In this document: one piece after another, positions 18,468-28,095 of the stretch
Position numbering within the stretch: the stretch's first letter is position 1
Layout of the letters: each line of letters starts with the position of its first letter
Source: Campylobacterales bacterium
GTDB lineage: Bacteria > Campylobacterota > Campylobacteria > Campylobacterales > Sulfurimonadaceae
Direction of reading: 5' to 3'
DNA length: 61,526 bases
NCBI GenBank assembly: GCA_024277445.1
Contig: JAJRVE010000177.1
Location: 1 to 61,526, forward strand
The notes under the pieces: model-generated
The model's database searches: none
The model's input: only the letters and a program-made list of their open reading frames with translations
Told to the model about the DNA's origin: nothing
Position numbers and translations under genes: made by a program

Positions 18468-18938
18468 ATGATGATAAAGAAAATAGTAACTGGAACACTC
18501 CTCGTCTCAACATTGGCAATAAACGCATTGGCTTACGACAGTGCCAAAGCAGAAGGGTTTGATAAGTTTTTTTCACATGTGACGCAGAAGCATTGTGCTG
18601 ACTCAAAACTGTTTATGGATGCTGATGAAGCGATGAAGATGCTTAGAGAGAAGAAAAAGTTTACTTTTTTAGACATTCGTACAGAAGGTGAGATGGCAGT
18701 TTTAGGACTTAAGACACCTAACACCTTGGAAATACCACTACAACACCTTTTTGAGAAGAAAAACTTAGAGAAGTTACCTAAAGATGAACTCATCGTTTTA
18801 GTGTGTCATTCAGGTACACGTGCGACGATGGTGGTGGCAAGTCTTAAGATGATAGGCTTAAAAAAGGTACGTATTATGAAAGGTGGCATGGTAGGGATCG
18901 CTAAGGGCGATAATCCTAAAAATGCACCCATCAAATAG
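18468..18938 (+). CDS. Periplasmic rhodanese-like domain protein
   Basis: Signal peptide; FLDIRT..E; active-site loop VCHSGTRA; MKGGM. Confidence 0.85.
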   Translation: MMIKKIVTGTLLVSTLAINALAYDSAKAEGFDKFFSHVTQKHCADSKLFMDADEAMKMLREKKKFTFLDIRTEGEMAVLGLKTPNTLEIPLQHLFEKKNLEKLPKDELIVLVCHSGTRATMVVASLKMIGLKKVRIMKGGMVGIAKGDNPKNAPIK

Positions 18939-18952
18939 TTGAAGGAGTATAG

Positions 18953-19324
18953 ATGTTAGCAGTAGCGATTAAAACTGAAAAGACGAACAGTGCCGTCTCT
19001 CCACTGTTTGGTAAGGCAAAGTTTTTTGCTTTTTATGATGGAGAGAATGTACGTATAGAGAAGAATGAGCAAAAAGGTGGGGTAGCAGTTGTTAACTGGT
19101 TGGCAGCACAGGGTGTTGATACCTTAGTCATCAAAGAGATGGGAAGTAGTCCTTATGCTGAGGTACAAAAGAGAGGGATGAAACTTCTTTACGCAGGTGA
19201 TGAACGTATAGAGATTAATGAGCTTATCACGCAGTATGAGAATGGTTTACTTGAGGCGCTAAGTCCTGAAAAAGTAGAACAAATCATCGCTAAACATGAC
19301 AAAAATCATACGCATAAACATTAG
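18953..19324 (+). CDS. NifB/NifX-family cluster-binding protein
   Basis: VSPLFGKAKFF, GVDTLV and MGSSPY pattern; His-rich tail. Confidence 0.75.
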   Translation: MLAVAIKTEKTNSAVSPLFGKAKFFAFYDGENVRIEKNEQKGGVAVVNWLAAQGVDTLVIKEMGSSPYAEVQKRGMKLLYAGDERIEINELITQYENGLLEALSPEKVEQIIAKHDKNHTHKH

Positions 19325-19354
19325 GTATATGTTTATCGTTTCACCGAAGACACT

Positions 19355-20068
19355 ATGATAAAAAGCACTTTTTTTGTGGTACTCAGTCTCTTAACACTCA
19401 TGATATTTAGTGGCTGTTCTCAAGACTCTAAGTCTGTCAATCATCTTGATGGCAAAGCTTTACTGCAAAGTAAATGTGCCTCATGCCATAATCTTGAGAT
19501 GCCCCCTAAGACTTCAGCAGATGAACTTGCCCCACCGATGATGGCAGTAGCTTTTCATGTTTATGATTTTATTGATATGAGTACACCTGCTGAGAAAGTC
19601 CCAGCATCCATTGCTTTTGTCAGAGACTATGTTGTTTCTCCTTCTCAAAAAAAGTCTTTCTGTGATGCAAAAAGTTTAAATGAGTATGGTCTTATGCCCT
19701 CTCAAAAGGGTAATCTGACTGACGATGAACTCGAAGCCATCGCTATCTATATGTTTGAGCATTACAATCAAGAGAACTTTTTGGATATCATGAAACAGCG
19801 ACGAATATTACGAGATATGCATTCTGGCGAGCGTGTTGCACGTAAATATAAATGTATGAGTTGTCATGGTATAGCCAAACGAAAAATGGGCCCATCGTTT
19901 AGCGCTATTGCTGAGCGGTATAAAAAAGATGAGGTAGCGATAAAAAAGAGCATACGTCTGGGTAGTAAAGACAAATGGACAGCATCTCGCCATGCCAGGA
20001 TGCCCGCATTTAAACAGTTGACTAATGACGAGTTAGATACAGTTTCAAAATGGATAAAGGAGCAGTAG
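19355..20068 (+). CDS. Di-heme c-type cytochrome lipoprotein
   Basis: Lipobox FSGC; CASCH and CMSCH; axial-Met 'MP' motifs. Confidence 0.85.
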   Translation: MIKSTFFVVLSLLTLMIFSGCSQDSKSVNHLDGKALLQSKCASCHNLEMPPKTSADELAPPMMAVAFHVYDFIDMSTPAEKVPASIAFVRDYVVSPSQKKSFCDAKSLNEYGLMPSQKGNLTDDELEAIAIYMFEHYNQENFLDIMKQRRILRDMHSGERVARKYKCMSCHGIAKRKMGPSFSAIAERYKKDEVAIKKSIRLGSKDKWTASRHARMPAFKQLTNDELDTVSKWIKEQ

Positions 20069-20069
20069 C

Positions 20070-20465
20070 ATGAAAAAAGTGATATTAATGAGTGTACTTT
20101 TGTGTTTAACGACCGTGGTTATGGCGGATGCTGCTAAAGGTAAACGCTACTATATGAAAAGCTTTAAACAGAAGTTTAAGATGGATGGTCTTAGCTTTGT
20201 GCAACTACATACACGAGCAGAGTGGAAAGTACTGTTTGAGAACAAGGGCAAAGGCTTTATTGCTGAGTTCTCAGAGAAGTACCCTAAACAAGGTACCTAC
20301 CTTCATGATCCCAAAACATGGAAAAAACTACAGCATGTTGGTGACTTTGCCATAGAGTATGCAAGTGACTCTGGTAAGATCCCCACCTGTGGTGATGATA
20401 GTATGACTGAAGCACCGATTGATTTGAAGGTAAAAGAGAGTTCAAGCGCAAACTTCTTCGAGTAA
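20070..20465 (+). CDS. Exported protein of unknown function (no CXXCH)
   Basis: Signal peptide; 'ADAAKGKRYYMK' and 'YASDSGKIPTC'; coupled to the upstream cytochrome gene. Confidence 0.65.
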   Translation: MKKVILMSVLLCLTTVVMADAAKGKRYYMKSFKQKFKMDGLSFVQLHTRAEWKVLFENKGKGFIAEFSEKYPKQGTYLHDPKTWKKLQHVGDFAIEYASDSGKIPTCGDDSMTEAPIDLKVKESSSANFFE

Positions 20466-20569
20466 GCAGTAGTGCCTGACGGTTTATTGACGATTAAAAT
20501 AAACAATAAATTTAATTTAATCGTCAATTTTTAAGCTTACTAAAAGTTCATCTAACTTATAATTCTTAT

Positions 20570-20685
20570 AAGCATTACCAAGCTAGGTAGTGTGTTAACT
20601 TATTTATTTTATCCCTTCTTCCTTGATGTGCTGAGTTGTGAACTCCTTAAACTTCTTCAATAGCAGCACATCGGCTTCTTTTTCT
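20570..20685 (+). ncRNA. Candidate trans-acting sRNA with a C/U-rich anti-Shine-Dalgarno loop
   Basis: TATAAT at 20558-63; 5' hairpin 20572-20593; terminator stem GATGTGCTG (20625-33) / CAGCACATC (20664-72) with ACTCCTT in the loop and a U-tract; no ORF. Confidence 0.55.
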
Positions 20686-20774
20686 CTCTACCTTAAAAAT
20701 TTACGACAATTTTTTTATACAGATTGAGATATTTGTGCTTTCGTTATACTTGAACAAGATTGAAGGAGTAGATG

Positions 20775-20939
20775 ATGGCTAAATATATCTGTACTGTGTG
20801 TGATTGGATTTATGATCCTGAAGTGGGTGATCCTGATGGTGGGATCGAGCCAGGAACTGCGTTTGAGGATATTCCTGATGATTGGGTTTGCCCCGATTGT
20901 GGTACAACAAAATCCGACTTCGAATTGTTAGACGCATAG
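20775..20939 (+). CDS. Rubredoxin (54 aa, below the ORF-track cutoff)
   Basis: [54 protein letters not shown] with two CxxC motifs; RBS AAGGAG at 20763-68. Confidence 0.95.
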   Translation: MAKYICTVCDWIYDPEVGDPDGGIEPGTAFEDIPDDWVCPDCGTTKSDFELLDA

Positions 20940-21033
20940 GTTCGGCACATCTTGCACTTCAGCTCGCCTCTTGACGTACACTAGTACGCCTGCAGGGTCG
21001 CTTCAGCACAACCTGTACCAAATCTATGCGTCT
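20930..21033. repeat. ~104-bp inverted-repeat element overlapping the rubredoxin stop codon
   Basis: AGACGCATAG (20930-39) / CTATGCGTCT (21024-33); central GTAC-ACTA-GTAC hairpin; a further CTATGCGTCT at 21067-76. Confidence 0.55.
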
Positions 21034-21119
21034 GTCGACGGCAATATATTTGTTCTGTATTAAAAGCTATGCGTCTTGCGACTGTAGCTTGCAGTTTGGG
21101 ACAGATAGCAGTACTCTTT

Positions 21120-21884
21120 TTAGTTGACGATGAGTAGTAAAATACCGAAGATGATACGGTAGATACCGAAGGCTACAAAAGTAAAGCGCTGCAGGAAGAC
21201 TAAGAAGAGTTTTATGGTGGCGTAGGCGACGATGAAGGCGGTGAAGAACCCTATGGCAAAGGCGATCCAGTTGGCATCGGCGAACTCTTGGTAGTGTTTT
21301 AGTAGATCGTATGCGGTGACAGCACCCATGACCGGGATGGCTAGTAAAAATGAGAATTCGGCACTTGTCTTACGATCCATCTTGAGTAGCATACCACCGA
21401 TGATTGTCGCACCAGCTCTTGAGGTACCGGGTATAAGTGAAAATATCTGCGCTACACCGACTAAAAAAGCTTGCTTATAGGTGACGGCTTCAACATCTGA
21501 TGTGTGACTCTCTGTCTCTTTATAAAATTTCTCTACGATTAAAAATATGATTCCACCGATGATGAACATAATGGCCACGGTGTTGACGGTAAAGAGCTCT
21601 TTGATGATGTCTTTAAAGATGAATCCAACAATGGCGAGGGGTAGAAAAGCAACAAAAAGTTTCTGCCATAGGGTGATTTTTTTGAGGGTTAGTTTGTCTT
21701 TGTAGACCAACATCACGGCCATAATAGCAGCAAACTGTATGATGACTTCATATGCCTTTGTTAGGTTGTCTTGTGAAATCCCTAGAAACTCACTTGCGAC
21801 GATCATATGCCCTGTAGATGAGATAGGTAGAAACTCGGTGAAGCCTTCGATGATGCCAATAATAATTGCTTGAAAAATATCCAA
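21120..21884 (-). CDS. uppP: Undecaprenyl-diphosphate phosphatase
   Basis: GIIEGFTEFLPISSTGH, IPGTSRAG and AEFSFLLAIP. Confidence 0.95.
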   Translation of the reverse strand: MDIFQAIIIGIIEGFTEFLPISSTGHMIVASEFLGISQDNLTKAYEVIIQFAAIMAVMLVYKDKLTLKKITLWQKLFVAFLPLAIVGFIFKDIIKELFTVNTVAIMFIIGGIIFLIVEKFYKETESHTSDVEAVTYKQAFLVGVAQIFSLIPGTSRAGATIIGGMLLKMDRKTSAEFSFLLAIPVMGAVTAYDLLKHYQEFADANWIAFAIGFFTAFIVAYATIKLFLVFLQRFTFVAFGIYRIIFGILLLIVN

Positions 21885-21952
21885 AAGTGTTGCCTTTGTT
21901 TTAGTGATAACAGTTTAGTAGGTTTTGGGTTAGGGATGGCTTTTGATGCGTT

Positions 21953-23407
21953 TTATAGAGTTGTCTTACATCCTAAGCAGGGGACAATTCTGTCGGCAAT
22001 GTCAAGGGGATACTCTCTTTCAAGTGAGAGTTTTTTAGCTTCTATTTTGATAGCTTGTTCGTCTAACTCTTGGAGATGCTTTAGCGGTCGTATTTGGTAG
22101 GCTAGAGGATTAAGGTAGCCAAGCATAATCAACTGCTTGGTTATAGCATCACTCATACTCAGCACGGAAGAGACTTTGACGATCTCACAACGGGCATAGC
22201 GCTGGTTAACAAAAGAGACATTGGCTGCGCGTAAGGTAGCATCATCTCCGGGGATCTGTTGGGCTCCAAAAAGAGGTTTTGAAGCGACTTTAGCACTTTT
22301 AAACGAAGGGATGTATTGGGCTATATGTTCGATGGCAGCTTGCGTTCTGGCATCGACTTCTGAAAACTCCCACTTCTGTTCTATGCGTTTTAAAAATGCT
22401 CTGTCGAGTTTGGGTTGGGCGCTGTTTTGTGTGCTACGAACGAGCCCATTGTCAAAGAGTGTAATCTCTTTGGTCATCCCATGCAGTTGGAAGTAACCAC
22501 CGGGGTAGGGTGTAAACTGTGCCATTCCTTGTGGTGTTCCGCGCTCTCCATAAAAGACGATTTCGGGCCATACTTGTGTGTTCTCCTCCCACTTACTGAC
22601 ATACGCCGCTTTAAACTCTACCAGTCGTTCGCGCTCAAAGGCAAGCATGTCATCAACAAGACCTGTCCGAAAACCTGCCGCATTAATGAGAAAGTCAAAG
22701 TGTTGTTGCTCTTGTTGCTTGTTGTTTTCATACGCAATGTACCAACCACTTTTTGATTCATCGGCTGTTATGTGCGTAACCTTAGTGTCGAGCAAGAGCT
22801 GACACTTTGGCAAGCTCTTCAGAGCTAACGTGACTCCAGCCCCTAAACGAAAGAGGTTAAGTCCATACTCTTGGACCATGACAAGAGGAAATTGCACTTT
22901 GTTAAGATCAAGATTTTTAGCGACAGGGATCATCCACTCATCAAGTGTAGTTGGGTTGGTGATATTAGGCTGTTTTTGCAAGGCTTTTATGGCTTCATAA
23001 CTGTAGGTTTTATAGTAGTCACTACTCTCGCCTAAGACCTTGTTGGCAGGGTCTTCTTGAATGAGTGTGGCATACTCTTTTTGTAAGGTACTGAGACGTT
23101 GACAGAGATCTCCGGGTTTACCTTTATCATTTTTAGGAACAGCAATAACTGTAGGACGATAGTCAACTGCAAATGGGTAAAACCGTAGTAAGTCGATGGA
23201 CTCTTTAAGTAGCGTGACGCATTGTGCATCTGAGATCTCACGGTAGAGGTTCCCACCAGCATGTAGATGACAAAAAGGGGGTCCGTTGACTAAGCTAGAG
23301 GCTTGTTCGAAAAGTGTGACATCCAAACCAAGTTCACTAAGGTAAAGGGCGATGGTCGAACCTGCTGTACCCCCACCGACAATTGCGATCTTTACTTGGG
23401 TAGACAT
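21953..23407 (-). CDS. FAD-dependent oxidoreductase
   Basis: N-terminal IAIVGGGTAG Rossmann motif; INAAG. Confidence 0.8.
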   Translation of the reverse strand: MSTQVKIAIVGGGTAGSTIALYLSELGLDVTLFEQASSLVNGPPFCHLHAGGNLYREISDAQCVTLLKESIDLLRFYPFAVDYRPTVIAVPKNDKGKPGDLCQRLSTLQKEYATLIQEDPANKVLGESSDYYKTYSYEAIKALQKQPNITNPTTLDEWMIPVAKNLDLNKVQFPLVMVQEYGLNLFRLGAGVTLALKSLPKCQLLLDTKVTHITADESKSGWYIAYENNKQQEQQHFDFLINAAGFRTGLVDDMLAFERERLVEFKAAYVSKWEENTQVWPEIVFYGERGTPQGMAQFTPYPGGYFQLHGMTKEITLFDNGLVRSTQNSAQPKLDRAFLKRIEQKWEFSEVDARTQAAIEHIAQYIPSFKSAKVASKPLFGAQQIPGDDATLRAANVSFVNQRYARCEIVKVSSVLSMSDAITKQLIMLGYLNPLAYQIRPLKHLQELDEQAIKIEAKKLSLEREYPLDIADRIVPCLGCKTTL

Positions 23408-23409
23408 GC

Positions 23410-24099
23410 TTACGCTTTTGGACCTGTTAATAGATCGAGTAGATCTTGAAAATCATCTATAACGATAGTTGGAGAAAATGTGTTGATATCTTCTCCGTAG
23501 TTATAACCATAGCTAACGCCAACACTCTCCATCTTAGCTGCATTGGCTGCAACAATGTCGTTTTTAGAGTCACCGATCATTATGGCTTCTGAAACAGTAA
23601 AACCTAACTGTTGAGTGGTGTGTAAAAGAGGAAGTGGATCAGGCTTTTTCACTGCAAGTGAATCCCCACCCAATATGAGTGAAAAGAGTCCATCTAGTCC
23701 CAGTCCTTTTAAAATAGGTTCGACAAAAGCGATGGGCTTGTTGGTGACAATACTCATGCTATAGCCTTTCTCTTTTAGTGAGAGTAGGGTCTCTTTGACA
23801 TGGGGATAAGTACGTGTTGTGTTGCAGAGGTTGTTAGTATAGGCGTTTAAGAAAATGCTGAGTGCTTGAGAAACGAAGGTACTATCAAGTTCAGTAGAGA
23901 TTGTTTGGCTACCTGAGAGTGCGCGTTTGACCAAGGTCTCAGCACCGTTTCCAACCCAACCACGAATGGTATCGGTAGTAAATGTCTCTCTGTCGAGTTC
24001 TTTTAGCATGACGTTAATTGCTTCTGCCAGATCAGGAACACTGTCAATAAGCGTACCATCTAGATCGAAAATAAGAAGTCTTTTATTTGTAAATGTCAC
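23410..24099 (-). CDS. gph: Phosphoglycolate phosphatase (HAD family)
   Basis: FDLDGTLIDS, VTNKP, KKPDP, IGDSKND and YGYN. Confidence 0.9.
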   Translation of the reverse strand: MTFTNKRLLIFDLDGTLIDSVPDLAEAINVMLKELDRETFTTDTIRGWVGNGAETLVKRALSGSQTISTELDSTFVSQALSIFLNAYTNNLCNTTRTYPHVKETLLSLKEKGYSMSIVTNKPIAFVEPILKGLGLDGLFSLILGGDSLAVKKPDPLPLLHTTQQLGFTVSEAIMIGDSKNDIVAANAAKMESVGVSYGYNYGEDINTFSPTIVIDDFQDLLDLLTGPKA

Positions 24100-24232
24100 A
24101 GAAGCCTCTTTTATATAGTTATAATAATTATAGCTTCAAGCATTTTAAATAGAGATAGCAAAGAAGTCAAGTTATGAAAAGTTAAGAAAGGTGTGGAGGT
24201 ATGTAGTGCTGACAAAGTTGTCAGCATCTGTG

Positions 24233-24574
24233 TTAAGCGGTTGGGTCTTTTAAGAAGGCTAAGTTGATCGTATCTATACCATCAATAAGTTTTTTACCTA
24301 CACGCAGTTGAACACTGTGAAAGAGGAAAAGCTCACCGGCGTTGTTGATCCCTAGGATAAAGGTGTATTCGCCAAAAGCGTATCGTCGAAGCCCTTTAGG
24401 CTCTATGGGAGCAGATGGGTTGTTAACAAAATGACAAACACCGTTTGGAAAGTCAAACTCACGTTCACCTGTCTCTTTAATATGAACTTCACCCAGTTCA
24501 GAAGTGACTTGAACCGTCAATTTTTGGTCAAGTTCGTGCGCTCTAATTTTATATGCACCAAAAGCAATTTGCAT
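24233..24574 (-). CDS. Hypothetical protein
   Basis: 113-aa ORF with RBS AAGGAG and a downstream hairpin (TGCTGACAA..TTGTCAGCA). Confidence 0.7.
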   Translation of the reverse strand: MQIAFGAYKIRAHELDQKLTVQVTSELGEVHIKETGEREFDFPNGVCHFVNNPSAPIEPKGLRRYAFGEYTFILGINNAGELFLFHSVQLRVGKKLIDGIDTINLAFLKDPTA

Positions 24575-24820
24575 GGTATCTCCTTAAATTTATCTCTATC
24601 TATACAAAGTAGTTTGGTAATCATACTAAAAACTCGTAAATAATTGTCTTGATAGCTGTCTTTTTTGAGTAGTTGTAACGCATTTGTAAACAAAAATATA
24701 AATTCATATAACACTAACCCCAACTTAGCTATAATACGCGGTTTGAAAATCACAAAAGGTAAAACTCATTTAAGAGGCCATAACCAGGCACTTTAGATGA
24801 AGATTACACAAGGAAAAAGA

Positions 24821-25963
24821 ATGTTACTTTTTACTCCAGGGCCTACCCCTGTTCCAGAATTTGTACGTGTTGCGATGGCGGGCGAGACGATTCACCACCG
24901 TACACCAGAATTTGAAGCGATTTTCGCTGAGACACGTGCGCTACTGTTTAAGTTGATGGCAACGGATGAGGTCATTATGTTGGCAACATCAGGAACGGGT
25001 GCGATGGAAGCGGCCATTATTAACCTTTGTCATGACACGCTTTTAAATATCAACTCAGGTAAGTTTGGTGAGCGTTTTGGAAAGATCGCTGTGGCAAGCG
25101 GACTGAACAGTGTTGAGATCAAACATGAGTGGGATACACCTGCTAGTGTTGAAGAGGTGGTTGCTGCAGTTAAAGCTAACCCGTCTATTGATGCTGTTGC
25201 TGTTCAGATCTCTGAGTCTGCAGGTGGTCTTCGTCATCCTGTAGAAGCGATTGCAGAAGCAGTAAAAGCGATTAACCCAAACATCATGATTATTGCAGAT
25301 GGTATCACGGCTGTGGGTGTTGAACGTATTAATGTTGAGAACATTGACTGTCTGTTGGCAGGAAGCCAAAAGGCCTTGATGTTACCACCGGGTCTTGCTA
25401 TCTTGGGTCTAAGTAAGGCGGCTGTTGAGAAGACTGGCAAAGGTAAGGGTTACTATCTAAACCTTGCGTCAGAGATCAAGAAACAGTCTCAGAACACAAC
25501 GGCTTATACCGCTGCAACGACGCTTATTATCGGTCTTGGTGCTGTTTTAAAGCACATTGATGATGGTGAAGGTTTTGGTAAACTTTATTGTGACACAGCA
25601 CGTCGTGCGAAGGCATGTCGCGCTGCACTTGAGGCGATCGGGCTTCACTCTTATCCACAAATGCCAGCACGTTCGATGACGACTATCGATGATGTCGATG
25701 CTGCTGAGATCCGCAACTTGTTGAAAACAGACTTCGGTGTTAATGTAGCGGGTGGTCAAGATCACTTAAAAGGTAAGATCTTCCGTATTAACCAAATGGG
25801 TCTTATAGAGAGTTATGAGATCACAGCAGTTGTCAATGCTGTCGAACTTGCACTAGCTAAGATGGGTCGTCGTGACTTTGATGGTACGGCAAGTCGTATT
25901 TTCAATGAGACTTATTTTAAGACAATGTTAGAAAAAAGCAAAGAGAGCTGTAATGATATTTGA
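24821..25963 (+). CDS. Class V PLP aminotransferase (alanine/serine--glyoxylate type)
   Basis: LFTPGPTPVP, SGTGAMEA and GSQKALMLPPGL. Start moved from 24797 to the ATG after the RBS. Confidence 0.9.
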   Translation: MLLFTPGPTPVPEFVRVAMAGETIHHRTPEFEAIFAETRALLFKLMATDEVIMLATSGTGAMEAAIINLCHDTLLNINSGKFGERFGKIAVASGLNSVEIKHEWDTPASVEEVVAAVKANPSIDAVAVQISESAGGLRHPVEAIAEAVKAINPNIMIIADGITAVGVERINVENIDCLLAGSQKALMLPPGLAILGLSKAAVEKTGKGKGYYLNLASEIKKQSQNTTAYTAATTLIIGLGAVLKHIDDGEGFGKLYCDTARRAKACRAALEAIGLHSYPQMPARSMTTIDDVDAAEIRNLLKTDFGVNVAGGQDHLKGKIFRINQMGLIESYEITAVVNAVELALAKMGRRDFDGTASRIFNETYFKTMLEKSKESCNDI

Positions 25964-26795
25964 ACACGAGATTCCTGAGGGTTCTAAACTCTATTTTGGT
26001 GCTTCTGCGAAACGCAAACGCCACATCGAGCAGATCGCTAGTGAAGTACTTTATGGTGATGGTTTCGAAGAGATCGTAACGCCACTTTTCTCCTACCACC
26101 AAGATGACTCCATCGCTGATGTGAAAGAGTTGGTACGCGTGAACGACGCGAAGAACAACAAGATGAGTGTACGTGCGGACTCAACGATAGACGTTGTTCG
26201 CATCATCACCAAACGTCTGGGTCGTAACACGAAGCACAGTAAGTGGTTTTACATCCAGCCTATCTACCGTTTTCCATCGACTGAGCAGTATCAAGTAGGT
26301 GCTGAAGTGATCGGTGAGAGTGACTTGAGTGTTGCACTTAACCAAGCGATGGAAATTTTTGAGCGTTTAGAGGTAGCCCCTCTGCTTCAGATCTCAAACA
26401 TTGCGATCCCAAACAAGCTCTCTAAGCTTTTAGATATCCCTTTAGAGGACTTCCGTCATATTAATATCCAAAAGTTTTTAGCACTTGACATCGAGTGGTT
26501 AACAAAGCTTGTCTATCTTCAGCATCCTGAAGATGTGGATGCTGTTATAGAAATCGTACCGGATGAGATCAAAGAAGAGCTGATCAAGATGAAAGAGATG
26601 TGTGCGAAGACTGCCTATAAAAACAAGGTAATCGCGCCACTTTATTATGCAAAGATGCTTTACTATGATGAGCTCTTTTTCAGAGTCATCGAAGGAAACA
26701 ACATCAATGCACGCGGTGGACGTTACGTCAACGAAGAGGTCACATCAGTAGGTTTTGCCATCTACACTGACACACTAATAGAAGCAAACAAGTAA
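25953..26795 (+). CDS. hisZ: ATP phosphoribosyltransferase regulatory subunit
   Basis: [24 protein letters not shown] and VGFAI; typical hisZ-purA linkage. Confidence 0.85.
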   Translation: MIFEHEIPEGSKLYFGASAKRKRHIEQIASEVLYGDGFEEIVTPLFSYHQDDSIADVKELVRVNDAKNNKMSVRADSTIDVVRIITKRLGRNTKHSKWFYIQPIYRFPSTEQYQVGAEVIGESDLSVALNQAMEIFERLEVAPLLQISNIAIPNKLSKLLDIPLEDFRHINIQKFLALDIEWLTKLVYLQHPEDVDAVIEIVPDEIKEELIKMKEMCAKTAYKNKVIAPLYYAKMLYYDELFFRVIEGNNINARGGRYVNEEVTSVGFAIYTDTLIEANK

Positions 26796-26799
26796 GGAA

Positions 26800-28059
26800 A
26801 TGAGTATGAACAGAGCAGATTTAATCGTAGGTATCCAATGGGGTGACGAAGGTAAAGGTAAGATTGTTGATGCACTTGCTTGTAAATATGACATGGTATG
26901 TCGTTCACAAGGTGGACACAATGCAGGTCACACGATCTGGGTTGATGGTGTCAAGTATGCACTTCACCTAATCCCTTCTGGTGTTTTGAACCCTAAGGCC
27001 ATTAACGTTGTTGGTAATGGCGTGGTTCTTTCACCTGAGTCTATCATCAAAGAGATGGAACAGTTTGAAGGTCTTGAAGGACGTCTTTATATCTCAGACA
27101 AAGCCCATCTTAACCTCTCTTACCACGCCCTCATTGATCAGGCCAAAGAGCGTCTTAAAGGCGATAAGGCGATCGGTACAACCGGTAAGGGTATCGGGCC
27201 AGCATATTCTGACAAGATCAACCGTACTGGTTTTAGAGTCGGTGAACTGCTTGATCCTGCGACACTTTGTACGCACATTATCGAGTACTTTGAGCAAAAC
27301 CGTGCCATCTTTGATATTTACGAGATTCCAACACCTGTAGAAGCTGAGCTTCTTGCTGAATTAGAAGGGTTTAAAGCGAAGCTTGCGCCATTTATCACCG
27401 ATACAACGCAGATGGTATGGAAAGCACTAGATGAAGATAACAAAAAAGTACTTCTTGAAGGTGCTCAGGGAACACTCCTGGACATCGATCATGGTACGTA
27501 CCCGTATGTAACTTCATCAGCAACAGTTAGTGCGGGTGCTTGTACGGGTCTTGGTATTAACCCTAAAGACATCGGAAAAGTCATCGGTATTGTAAAAGCT
27601 TACTGTACTCGTGTTGGTAATGGACCATTCCCTAGTGAAGACTTTGGTGACGATGGTGAGCGTCTTGGTGAGCAGGGTCATGAGTTTGGTACGACTACAG
27701 GTCGTGCTCGTCGTTGTGGTTGGTTTGACGCTGTCGCTACACGTCACGCTTGTCGCTTGAACGGTGTGGATGAGCTTTCATTGATGAAGCTTGACGTACT
27801 TGACGGCTTTGATGAAGTGAAGATTTGTGTTGCATACAACTACAAAGGCGAAGAGATCAACTATATGCCAGCAGATCTTGAAAACGTAACACCGATCTAC
27901 AAAACATTTAAGGGTTGGAACAACTCTGTAGGTGTTCGTGAGTTCGATAAGCTTCCTAAAGATGCTCAGGATTTCGTACGTACGATCGAAGAGATTTCTA
28001 AGACTAAAGTTGGGATTATCTCAACTTCTCCAGAACGCGACGACACGATCTACCTTTAA
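26800..28059 (+). CDS. purA: Adenylosuccinate synthase
   Basis: [30 protein letters not shown] and [12 protein letters not shown]. Confidence 0.98.
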   Translation: MSMNRADLIVGIQWGDEGKGKIVDALACKYDMVCRSQGGHNAGHTIWVDGVKYALHLIPSGVLNPKAINVVGNGVVLSPESIIKEMEQFEGLEGRLYISDKAHLNLSYHALIDQAKERLKGDKAIGTTGKGIGPAYSDKINRTGFRVGELLDPATLCTHIIEYFEQNRAIFDIYEIPTPVEAELLAELEGFKAKLAPFITDTTQMVWKALDEDNKKVLLEGAQGTLLDIDHGTYPYVTSSATVSAGACTGLGINPKDIGKVIGIVKAYCTRVGNGPFPSEDFGDDGERLGEQGHEFGTTTGRARRCGWFDAVATRHACRLNGVDELSLMKLDVLDGFDEVKICVAYNYKGEEINYMPADLENVTPIYKTFKGWNNSVGVREFDKLPKDAQDFVRTIEEISKTKVGIISTSPERDDTIYL

Positions 28060-28066
28060 TTCTTCT

Positions 28067-28084
28067 TCCACTCATCTGAGTGGA
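28067..28084. terminator. Hairpin between convergent purA and aldolase genes
   Basis: TCCACTCA-TC-TGAGTGGA. Confidence 0.5.
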
Positions 28085-28095
28085 GACTTTCTCTA

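Noticed and set aside
18468-20465. Rhodanese, NifX-like and cytochrome genes as retron effectors
   Set aside because: They are separated from the RT by ~180 nt, have their own -10 box and RBS, and look like ordinary redox or sulfur proteins.
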